From: an uncultured virus (IMG/VR IMGVR_UViG_3300022602_000072)
Lineage: Duplodnaviria; Heunggongvirae; Uroviricota; Caudoviricetes
Reading direction: 5' to 3' (one strand)
Length of the DNA: 20,000 nucleotides
Virus record (IMG/VR): IMGVR_UViG_3300022602_000072
Shown here: positions 8,954 to 17,037 of the stretch, piece after piece
How the letters are laid out: each line of letters begins with the position of its first letter
How positions within the stretch are numbered: position 1 is the first letter of the stretch
Position numbers and translations under genes: made by a program
Notes under the pieces: model-generated
What the model was told of the DNA's origin: nothing
Databases searched by the model: none
The model's input: the letters and a program-made list of their open reading frames with translations, nothing else

Positions 8954-8955
8954 TC

Positions 8956-10728
8956 ATGCAGATTGACTACACTTCTAGAGACTTTGCCGCCCTCAAGGCA
9001 GATCTAATTACCCTTATTAGTCAAAGGACTAATACGGCATGGAATCCTACAGACTATTCTGATCTAGGAAATGTGCTAGTAGAGGCTTTTGCCTATATGG
9101 GAGATGTCATCTCTCACTATCTAGACCGTATTGCTAATGAGACTAGCATCGATACTGCTGTTCAAAGCTCTACACTTTTAAGCCTAGCCAACCTTTATGA
9201 CTATCACGTATCGGGTCCAACTCCTGCTCTGGTAAACGTAACCTTTACTAACAACAGCACCTCTAGTCAGAGCATCCCTTTAGGCACCCAAGTTATGGCC
9301 CCACTTTCCTATGGACCTTATTCACAGGTGTACTTTGAAGTGACTCAGGCAGCAACTGCAGTTGCGCCAAATGCAAGCATTACTCTTTCTGCTAGAGAAG
9401 GAAAGACGGTTAATACAGATCGGGCTGACCTTATTGACTCTACTTACAACAAGCCTATTCCAGCAAACCTTGGAACATCTTCTGGACTAGAAAACCAAAC
9501 CTTCTCTATTGTTGATAATGGAGTTGTTGACTCCTCTATTAATGTGTATGTAGGTCAAGGACTAGCGTTTTCTACTTGGAAATATGTAGACAATCTTCTT
9601 GAGTGGGGTCCAACAGACACGGTCTTTACTACTCAACGAGATGCTACCGGCCTTGTTAGCATTGTCTTTGGAGACAATGTCAATGGTTATATACCACCCT
9701 CAGGACAACTAATTAGCTCCCTATATACAACAAGTACTGGAGCTGCAGGTAACATAGCCTCAGGTGCAATTAACTCTGTAACATTTATTCCTGGTACCGG
9801 AGACCCCCTAGCTACAACATACTTTAGTGTAACTAACGCTGCTCCTGCAGCTGGTGGTGCAGACGGAGATGATGCAACCCAGATTAAGAAAAAGATTAAG
9901 GCTGCCTTGTCTGCTCAAGGACGTGCAGTAACTCTAAACGATTACGCCAATCTTGCTTTGACTGTTCCTGGTGTAGGAAAGGCTAGTGCAACTTCTAGCG
10001 TGTATTCATCGGTCCACCTATACATTCAGCCACAAAATGATAACAGTGCGACCCCAGGGTTTCCGCAAGCAACTATTGCATCGGTCACTACTACCGGTAC
10101 CGCAGTAACTTACTTTACTACTGCGGCACATGGGTTCTCTACAGGCGATACGGTTGTTATTACTGGAATGAATCCTTCTGGATATAACACAACCGGATCA
10201 ACAGTTACAGCTATTAGTAGCTCTGCTCCCTACAGCTTTACTATTGCAAACACCACTACTACAACTCTTGTATCAGGCGGTTATGCTATAGACCTAACAC
10301 CTACCTCAATTTGGACAGGCTTACAAACTAGCGTAACAAGCGCCCTATCAGGCAATACGTTGGTTGGCTCTACAGTCACAATTCTTCCTCCACAGTATGT
10401 ACCGGTATACATTACTGCAACCTTAAACGTAAAGCCGGCATACAAAAACTCTGATATTAAGCTAGCCGCTTATCAGGCAATGTTGGGTTCTAATGGATTG
10501 TTTGCCTATGACAATAATACCTTTGGAGAAGTAATTGCTTACTCAGCAGTTGCCTCTGCTCTTGGTAATATTCCTGGGGTAATCTCAGCCAACATTACTG
10601 CTTTGAATATAGATGGATCAAACACTGTCTATGAAACAGTTCATGGATCTCCTTTGACACTATCTAATAATCAATTAGCTTATTTAATTGCCGCAAATCT
10701 AAATGTAACTGCAACGGGTGGAATGTAG
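8956..10728 (+). CDS. Baseplate wedge protein (gpJ / T4 gp6-like)
   Basis: Motifs IDYTSRDF, SDLGNVLVEAFAYMGD..S.YLDRIANE, IVFGDNVNGYIP, GGADGD and RAVTLNDY. Confidence 0.92.
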   Translation: MQIDYTSRDFAALKADLITLISQRTNTAWNPTDYSDLGNVLVEAFAYMGDVISHYLDRIANETSIDTAVQSSTLLSLANLYDYHVSGPTPALVNVTFTNNSTSSQSIPLGTQVMAPLSYGPYSQVYFEVTQAATAVAPNASITLSAREGKTVNTDRADLIDSTYNKPIPANLGTSSGLENQTFSIVDNGVVDSSINVYVGQGLAFSTWKYVDNLLEWGPTDTVFTTQRDATGLVSIVFGDNVNGYIPPSGQLISSLYTTSTGAAGNIASGAINSVTFIPGTGDPLATTYFSVTNAAPAAGGADGDDATQIKKKIKAALSAQGRAVTLNDYANLALTVPGVGKASATSSVYSSVHLYIQPQNDNSATPGFPQATIASVTTTGTAVTYFTTAAHGFSTGDTVVITGMNPSGYNTTGSTVTAISSSAPYSFTIANTTTTTLVSGGYAIDLTPTSIWTGLQTSVTSALSGNTLVGSTVTILPPQYVPVYITATLNVKPAYKNSDIKLAAYQAMLGSNGLFAYDNNTFGEVIAYSAVASALGNIPGVISANITALNIDGSNTVYETVHGSPLTLSNNQLAYLIAANLNVTATGGM

Positions 10729-10737
10729 GAATACTAA

Positions 10738-13700
10738 ATGGCAACATATGGATTAAGTCTATACAACAGCGGATTTAGATATGGTGAGGCATCACCAGCC
10801 GCTGTCTATTACAATGCCAATTTGGCTGCACAATCTAGTGGCTATGGAACAGTAAATATCACTTGGGGTCAGATTGTACCTCCCCCAACGGATCCTTCTC
10901 CTGTTGCTTGGATGCTGGTAAAAAGCTACAAAGGTGTTGTAGACAACCCATATGATGGAATCACTTTAGCTGGAGGCCTTTTTGTAAACGGCTTCCCTAC
11001 CAGCTACATAGACGTTAACTATCAGTCTTTAGATATAGAGGCAAGCTATTCTATATGGGTATTTAACAATGTTAATTGGATATTCTGTGGCTCTGACTAT
11101 GCGATGATTGTTGGAGATAAAGAAACGTTAACTCTTTTAAATGCTTGGATGCCCAGGGCCTGGACAAACTCTTCTGGAGATGTTACCGGGGAAGTGGATA
11201 GCAACAACTTTACCCAGATCCTTTCAGCCATGGCGTTTAAGTATGACCTATTTAGAACTGAAGCTATGGTCTTAGGTAAGGTTTTTGATCACGTCTACAC
11301 CCCAAGCGCAATTCTTAAAGCCAAGATGGGTGACTACAACTTTGATTATGAGCCTGCATTAGGAGACACCTACCACCGCTCTCTATCATCAGCTGGATTC
11401 CTTGTACAAAAATACAAGGGAACACCTTCTGGTCTATCTATCTACGTAGGGGGACTTACCCACCTAACAAGCAAGGTACAAATTGGTACCAACTTAATGC
11501 TTGACTATAATGACTCTTCTTTTGAGGAATCTATTGGTCGCTGGACTACAAGCCTAGGAACTCTAACTCAGTACCTCTTTACAGCTTCCACAACAACTTT
11601 TGGAGTAACCCTTACTGCTCCTAAGCCTTGGATTACAGATCCGCTTTATACTCCTCGTAATGCAGGCTTTGCTGCCCTAGTTATTCCTGGAGCAGGCACC
11701 CCTGTTGCTGCTAATATGATTCTTCCTGCCACATCTAGCTCAACAAATATTATTAATTATGCTATGCCTATTTCTCCAGGAGTTCGCTATGTGTTCTCTG
11801 GATGGGCTCGCCACCTAGGCTCTGCAGCAGCTAGCATTACAGCAACTATTAGTTGGTACAATCAATATGGAGTTTTAATCTCTACCACTTCTGTGGGCGC
11901 CACTACAACTACCTCTAATTCAGCTTGGTCAGAATTTACATCTAAATCTGATGGGGGTAGAAACGGACAACTATCTCCAACCACGGCCATGTATGCTGTC
12001 ATAGACATTAGTGTTCTCCCAACAACTACGGCTACTACGACCGTATTTTTTGACATGCTTCAACTTGCTCAATATCAAAACAGCATTGAGTTTGAAGATG
12101 CTCGTCGCATTAGAGTATATGTAAAAGGACAACGTGAAAACCTACTACCTAACCCTAGTTTTGAAAACGGTGTTGGTGGGTGGATATCCTCTCCTAATGC
12201 ATCTTTTGCTCAAGACCCAACTGTTTACAACACGGCTATTTGGGATGGCTATTCTCTGGGAGAACTTACAATTCAATCTGGTACTGGAGCATGGGTCTCA
12301 TCTCCTTGGTTTGCAGTTACTCCGGGACAGAACTATACCTTTAGTGCATATGTAAGTTCGGAATATCCAAATGCTGGGCGTGCGTATCTTCAAATTGAGT
12401 TCTCAAATCGTGAAACTGATGCACTACAAACCACAATCTTATTAGATTCTAATGGCCAGTACTATGATCCAACTATCTACAGTGTTCAATCCAGTGCTGT
12501 AACTCTTGTAGCTAATGATGTGCTTGATAGTACCGGAAACCCTATTGTAGATACGGCAGTACCTCAATACTCACAAGGTACAGGACCAGGAACATATAAC
12601 GGCTATCCTATTCAATATGTTCCGGTTCTATCTCGCCTTTCAGTCTTTGCTATTGCACCAGACATGCTAGAAGATTCCGGACAACCTTTGGCAAAGGTTT
12701 CAGTAGTATTTCCAGACATGACAGGAAATGGAATGACTGTTTGGATGGATGGACTTTTATTTGAAAGTAGCGCAACTTTAAATCCATATTTTTCTGGTTC
12801 CGGTGCCCCTATACCAACAGACCCAATTAACATTCCTTATGTTAGTAGCGCCGATACTGTCTGGGAAACAAAGAACCTTATTAACTATATTCAAAATCCA
12901 TCATTTGAATTAGCTACTGCTGGAGTTCTTCAAAACTGGACAACAGCTACAGGAACTACATTAACTCAAGATGCCGGACCAGCTCCAGCTGCGACTCGTA
13001 TAGTTAATGCTAATGGAACATATGCCAATCCCCCATCAGGAATTGTACCTACTACTTATCTTCCTGCTTTTGGTACATATATGGGTAAGGTAAGCTATCC
13101 TGCAGTAACTATTACTGCCATAAGTTCAACTGGTTCTGCAGTAACTTATAGGTATTCAGGAACATCTCAGGTTTTTGCTGTGGGACAGTCGGTTGCTATT
13201 TGGGGCAACATGGTTGGATCCACCTCAAAGTTTAATACCACAACCCCTACAGGTTGGACTGGCGCAACCATTACTGCAGTAGCTACTGTTACTTCTGGAT
13301 CTGTTTACTCATTTACTATTGCTAGTACTGATACAGGGACAGCTACTACTTTTGGCCAAGCCCAAGTCAACGGTGCATCTATCAGCACTACCGTATATCT
13401 TTCAGCCCCAGCTGTTGGTGGTGAAGACTTTATAGTTCACGCACAAGTTCGTGCGGCTGAAGGAATATACAATATTTCTACATCAGGAAACGGGTTGACT
13501 ACTTCCAACAACATGGAAGTTTACCAACACGATCAGTATCAGTGGATTCGTATATGGTGCCTACGACAACTTCAACCTGGTGAGACATCATTCACCTTAA
13601 CTATATCTATAGCACTTCCTCCACAGTTATACCCAACAGGTGGGCCTGGATACACAATTGCTACCACAAGCTACTTCCATATTGATGGTGTTCAAGCTGA

Positions 13701-14448
13701 GTATGGAAACACCCCTAGCGGTTTCTTGGATCCTGCTAACGCAACATATCCAGCTCTAGCAATGCCTAACCCTGGCAACCCATCTACTAATATGTGGGTA
13801 GGACAAGCACCGTCTGTATATGGAGGAAAGAGTAGCTACTTTAATAACTACTTTGTAAAGTACTCTCGTTTAAATAATACGTTGGGAAGCTTGATGCCTC
13901 TAGGAAGTAGCTGGGCAGTTAAACCTGGATACCCATCAGATCCAATTCCAGAGCTAACCACATCTTTAATTCCTTCTGCATCATTTGAAATTAACTTAGG
14001 TAGCTGGTCCGGTAACTCGGCAACCTTGGCTAGAACTGTTTCACGTGGTGCGTTGTTTGGAGACAATGTTAGCCATGGCTCTGCATACTGTACTGTTACA
14101 TCTACTGCATCAGGAACCTACGGAATAACATCACCACACATTCCTGTAGTTGCTACTGAAGGCTACTATGCATCTGTAGCTATCCGTCCTACAACTGCTT
14201 CGGTTGGAACCTATACCTTGACGGTAAACTTCTACGATGCTAACGGGACTTTAATCCCAGCTACCTATGGTAATAGAAGTGTGACAACTACTATAACTCA
14301 GACCAATCGTTGGGCCTATCTAGCCAATACATTTTCTTCTGCAGATAACGTCAACGCTTCTTACGCTGTATACTCAGTAACATGCACCCCTACTACTCCA
14401 AGTAGCGGTCAAAGCTTCGGAATTGACAGGTGTGTATTCCGCCAGTAA
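10738..14448 (+). CDS. Large baseplate protein: gpI/gp7-like wedge N-terminal region fused to four CBM4/9-like carbohydrate-binding repeats (putative receptor-binding protein)
   Basis: Follows gpJ. WMPRAW..., YKGTPSGL and the helical segment resemble gpI/gp7. Repeats start at NLMLDYNDSSFEESIGRW (~11491), NLLPNPSFENGVGGW (~12138), NYIQNPSFE (~12883) and SLIPSASFEINLGSW (~13963), each ending in a D-x-x-Q/F strand. Confidence 0.72.
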   Translation: MATYGLSLYNSGFRYGEASPAAVYYNANLAAQSSGYGTVNITWGQIVPPPTDPSPVAWMLVKSYKGVVDNPYDGITLAGGLFVNGFPTSYIDVNYQSLDIEASYSIWVFNNVNWIFCGSDYAMIVGDKETLTLLNAWMPRAWTNSSGDVTGEVDSNNFTQILSAMAFKYDLFRTEAMVLGKVFDHVYTPSAILKAKMGDYNFDYEPALGDTYHRSLSSAGFLVQKYKGTPSGLSIYVGGLTHLTSKVQIGTNLMLDYNDSSFEESIGRWTTSLGTLTQYLFTASTTTFGVTLTAPKPWITDPLYTPRNAGFAALVIPGAGTPVAANMILPATSSSTNIINYAMPISPGVRYVFSGWARHLGSAAASITATISWYNQYGVLISTTSVGATTTTSNSAWSEFTSKSDGGRNGQLSPTTAMYAVIDISVLPTTTATTTVFFDMLQLAQYQNSIEFEDARRIRVYVKGQRENLLPNPSFENGVGGWISSPNASFAQDPTVYNTAIWDGYSLGELTIQSGTGAWVSSPWFAVTPGQNYTFSAYVSSEYPNAGRAYLQIEFSNRETDALQTTILLDSNGQYYDPTIYSVQSSAVTLVANDVLDSTGNPIVDTAVPQYSQGTGPGTYNGYPIQYVPVLSRLSVFAIAPDMLEDSGQPLAKVSVVFPDMTGNGMTVWMDGLLFESSATLNPYFSGSGAPIPTDPINIPYVSSADTVWETKNLINYIQNPSFELATAGVLQNWTTATGTTLTQDAGPAPAATRIVNANGTYANPPSGIVPTTYLPAFGTYMGKVSYPAVTITAISSTGSAVTYRYSGTSQVFAVGQSVAIWGNMVGSTSKFNTTTPTGWTGATITAVATVTSGSVYSFTIASTDTGTATTFGQAQVNGASISTTVYLSAPAVGGEDFIVHAQVRAAEGIYNISTSGNGLTTSNNMEVYQHDQYQWIRIWCLRQLQPGETSFTLTISIALPPQLYPTGGPGYTIATTSYFHIDGVQAEYGNTPSGFLDPANATYPALAMPNPGNPSTNMWVGQAPSVYGGKSSYFNNYFVKYSRLNNTLGSLMPLGSSWAVKPGYPSDPIPELTTSLIPSASFEINLGSWSGNSATLARTVSRGALFGDNVSHGSAYCTVTSTASGTYGITSPHIPVVATEGYYASVAIRPTTASVGTYTLTVNFYDANGTLIPATYGNRSVTTTITQTNRWAYLANTFSSADNVNASYAVYSVTCTPTTPSSGQSFGIDRCVFRQ

Positions 14449-14451
14449 ACT
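14423..14451 (+). promoter_or_regulatory. Sigma70/SigA-type promoter, probably producing a leaderless transcript
   Basis: TTGACA (14423-14428), a 17 bp spacer, then TAAACT (14446-14451). The ATG at 14458 is 7 nt after the -10 box. Confidence 0.75.
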
Positions 14452-14457
14452 GGAGGC

Positions 14458-14733
14458 ATGACAACTGTAATAATTTCCGGTCTAGCTACTGCTTGTATAT
14501 TAACCGCCGTAGAAGGCTTATTGATTAATCTAGGAAAGTGGCGGGGGCTAGTTTCCCTTTTACTTTCTATACTCTTTTGTATAAACCTCGGTACAAAGCT
14601 GAGGTACCTAACCACATACACACTCGCTGCCACTTTTGTGGGGCTTACTTTGTCATACCTTGTTGAGCAGCTATTTACTGGAGTTAACCCACGAACTGCT
14701 CGTGGTTTGCCAAACCGTATACCTAGGCGCTAA
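14458..14733 (+). CDS. Small membrane protein with about 3 hydrophobic segments and a basic C-terminus (holin-like topology, function unknown)
   Basis: 91 aa with hydrophobic stretches VIISGLATACILTAV, LVSLLLSILFCINL and YTLAATFVGLTLSYLV, and an Arg-rich tail. Confidence 0.7.
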   Translation: MTTVIISGLATACILTAVEGLLINLGKWRGLVSLLLSILFCINLGTKLRYLTTYTLAATFVGLTLSYLVEQLFTGVNPRTARGLPNRIPRR

Positions 14734-14736
14734 ACT
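14707..14736 (+). promoter_or_regulatory. Second sigma70/SigA-type promoter, upstream of the replication initiator
   Basis: TTGCCA (14707-14712), an 18 bp spacer, then TAAACT (14731-14736), followed by SD AGGAGG (14743-14748) and ATG 14754. Confidence 0.6.
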
Positions 14737-14753
14737 GGAGGTAGGAGGACAAT

Positions 14754-15668
14754 ATGATTAAACCAAGTGCAAATCCAAAGCTGTCTTTAAGAGCTAAGGC
14801 TTTGTTCAGTCACTATGCAGAAAAAGGCCGGGTACTTTCTGCTGACGAACTAAAAGCTAACAACGAGGTGATTGAAGGCCGGGATGCCATTCAAGCTGCC
14901 ATCAACGAATTGAAGGATGCCAAGTACATCCGCTCTGTCCGTATGCAGAATAATGGCCAGTGGGTATCCCAACTCAAGTTCACAGAAGAGGCCCTAAAGC
15001 TGATTCCTACCGACAACGGGTTTTCAGGGCACCTATATATTGATAGCTATATCACTACTAATGATTTAACTACTAGTACTACTATAGATAAAGATACTAA
15101 CGTATCTTTATCTATACCCGAGCAAGCTCGGGAAGGAGAAGAAATGCCTTGGAATCTTGATGGAGAAGAAGAACCCAAAGAAAGCGTAAAGGCAAAAGTT
15201 GCCAAGGAGGCAGAAGCGGCTCCAGGAGCAGTAGGTCAGATTGATGATCGCCAGACCCGACTAAACGCTAAGTACAAACTTACAAAGGTTGAGAAAGCCG
15301 CACGTAACCGCCTTAACTATCCAGAAGAAGATTGGACCACTGGAGATTTGATTGCAGAGTTCTACGATCTCTGTCGTCAGAAAGTTCCAGGGGTGCCGAG
15401 CCAAGTTAACAATGTTCGCTTAGCTGGTTGGATTAACAAGAGCGTTGCAGAAGGAACTAGCCGTGTAGCAATTCTAAAAGCAATACGAATGTTCTTTGGA
15501 GATGCTCGTCTACTCAGAGATGCCGGTGTGGGTAAACCACTCTACCAACGCTTCTTTGCTTTCTACCCAACAGTGCATGGTGTAGTTACTAAGAAGGCAG
15601 TTGATTACGAAACACCAGAAGCACTAGCACAACAAGAAAAGTTACTCAGACTACTCGGGGGAGAATAA
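14754..15668 (+). CDS. Phage replication initiator with an N-terminal winged HTH (lambda O-like organisation)
   Basis: LSLRAKALF...LSADEL...EGRDAIQAAINELKDAKYI is an HTH typical of phage Rep proteins. It has a low-complexity central linker containing DNA palindromes and sits directly upstream of a DnaC-like gene. Confidence 0.75.
   Translation: MIKPSANPKLSLRAKALFSHYAEKGRVLSADELKANNEVIEGRDAIQAAINELKDAKYIRSVRMQNNGQWVSQLKFTEEALKLIPTDNGFSGHLYIDSYITTNDLTTSTTIDKDTNVSLSIPEQAREGEEMPWNLDGEEEPKESVKAKVAKEAEAAPGAVGQIDDRQTRLNAKYKLTKVEKAARNRLNYPEEDWTTGDLIAEFYDLCRQKVPGVPSQVNNVRLAGWINKSVAEGTSRVAILKAIRMFFGDARLLRDAGVGKPLYQRFFAFYPTVHGVVTKKAVDYETPEALAQQEKLLRLLGGE
15041..15132. repeat. Putative replication origin: AT-rich cluster of direct and inverted repeats within the initiator gene
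   Basis: ACTACTA x3 (15054, 15069, 15078). Perfect 15 bp inverted repeat TATAGATAAAGATAC-taac-GTATCTTTATCTATA (15083-15116). Abutting 7 bp inverted repeat CCCGAGC-aa-GCTCGGG (15117-15132). Confidence 0.65.
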
Positions 15669-16328
15669 TTGATTAAGCTAGAAACTCTGGCACCAAGTAT
15701 CCGCCACCAAATCCTTGCCTCAGGAGTACCATTCAGGTCAATGGGTATGGAGTTCTCAGACCTAGAAGATACTCCCGCAAAAGAGAGTGTCATGAGGTGG
15801 GTCAGTACAGTCCAGGCTGGAGGGGTCGTTAAAAGCCCTGGAAGCCCCCTAGCAGGCCTTGGACTCCTCATCCTAGGGTCTCCAGGTCACGGCAAGACCA
15901 CAATGGCCTCTGTGGCCCTTCAGGAGCTTATTAGGACCATGCCGGGAGATGTACGTTCTCCGCTAGGAGGATTTATAGATTACCCGGGACTGCTGACCAT
16001 GAAGAAGTCTACCTTCGATGACAAGACCAATGACGAGGTTAGGGCAAAACTTGACAGGATCTACGGTCATGCGGGTACACTGAATTTAGGAGTACTAGTC
16101 CTAGATGATGTGGGCAAGGAATATCGTGGGGCCACTAAGTGGTCAGACAATGTTCTAGATGAACTACTTCGTTCAAGATTCAATAGAGGGTTACCAACAA
16201 TCGTTACCTCAAACACACCGATTGAGGAGTGGAACGTATACGGAGCTCCGATGGAAAGCTTCATCAACGAAGCTTTTGGATTGGTTATAGTCAAAGCACC
16301 TAGGGGGGATCGTAGAAAGAATGGATAA
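15669..16328 (+). CDS. DnaC/IstB-like AAA+ ATPase (helicase loader)
   Basis: Walker A GSPGHGKT, Walker B LVLDDVGKE, and LLRSRFNRGLPTIVTSN. TTG start with GGAG upstream. Confidence 0.9.
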   Translation: MIKLETLAPSIRHQILASGVPFRSMGMEFSDLEDTPAKESVMRWVSTVQAGGVVKSPGSPLAGLGLLILGSPGHGKTTMASVALQELIRTMPGDVRSPLGGFIDYPGLLTMKKSTFDDKTNDEVRAKLDRIYGHAGTLNLGVLVLDDVGKEYRGATKWSDNVLDELLRSRFNRGLPTIVTSNTPIEEWNVYGAPMESFINEAFGLVIVKAPRGDRRKNG

Positions 16329-16617
16329 AACGATGAGCGAATGGCAAGCCACACAGATCTTCCTTTCAGATACTGGTGTGCACGAAGTGCAGATCAATCT
16401 TGATAGCGCAAGACTTCGTTGTGACTGCCCAGGTTTTTCTTCTAGGAGTTATTGCAAGCACACTAAGTTTGTTCAAAAGCGTATGCTTGAGAACGAAGGT
16501 GTCTATCCGGTTGAGGTTTCTCGAGCCGCTTCTCCAGAAGAAGGTAACATGGCTCGTAATGATCCTGAATCTTTCAGAAAGTTTCTATTCAAGTATGGCA
16601 GGGTAGAGGTAATCTAA
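16321..16617 (+). CDS. SWIM zinc-finger protein
   Basis: RCDCPGFSSRSYCKH fits the CxC-x(n)-CxH SWIM motif. The start could be the second ATG at 16333. Confidence 0.8.
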   Translation: MDKTMSEWQATQIFLSDTGVHEVQINLDSARLRCDCPGFSSRSYCKHTKFVQKRMLENEGVYPVEVSRAASPEEGNMARNDPESFRKFLFKYGRVEVI

Positions 16618-16620
16618 AAA

Positions 16621-17037
16621 ATGAAGGGGGGCGATATCTCTAACGAAGTTCCCATGAGAGTCTTAGTTACTCTTGACTGCATTATAGATCGACGTCCATC
16701 CCTTAAAAAGGTTTTTGGAATAACGATACCCGAAGAAGAAGTAACTTACAACAGGCTAGCTCTAGCTACCTTTTGGAGATTCAAGGATACTTTTGAATAC
16801 TCTCTAGAGCTAGTAGGTTTTGAACATACACAGCAGGAGATGGACGAGGTACTTGAGGACCTAGATAACCTAGGAACTAATCCGTTTAATTATGCCAAGG
16901 CATATAACGTCGTGGCAGACCTTGTGGCTGAACTACCTTATCGGCCAGAAGTAAGGCATGTAATTGATATACCCGAACGTGGTTTGCGTTATGGGCACTG
17001 GTATATGGATTTGGGGCAAGCAAATGGCGGCAGATAA
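16621..17037 (+). CDS. Hypothetical protein (possibly a degenerate HAD-like fold)
   Basis: 138 aa ORF packed between the SWIM and DnaB genes. RVLVTLDCII weakly resembles HAD motif I without the first Asp. Confidence 0.65.
   Translation: MKGGDISNEVPMRVLVTLDCIIDRRPSLKKVFGITIPEEEVTYNRLALATFWRFKDTFEYSLELVGFEHTQQEMDEVLEDLDNLGTNPFNYAKAYNVVADLVAELPYRPEVRHVIDIPERGLRYGHWYMDLGQANGGR

Noticed and set aside
10726..10740. In-frame fusion of gpJ and the gp7-like gene through stop-codon reassignment
   Set aside because: TAG is followed two codons later by TAA. Genes are full length under the standard code, so there is no sign of recoding.
1..14448. Bacterial extracellular contractile injection system (eCIS) or tailocin locus
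   Set aside because: It is directly linked to phage replication genes (initiator, DnaB, primase, dNMP kinase, WhiB), and no Afp15-like ATPase or toxin cargo is seen. A phage is the simpler explanation.
15666..15671. Readthrough fusion of the initiator and DnaC-like gene (TAA TTG in frame)
   Set aside because: TAA is rarely read through, and the TTG has its own GGAG SD.
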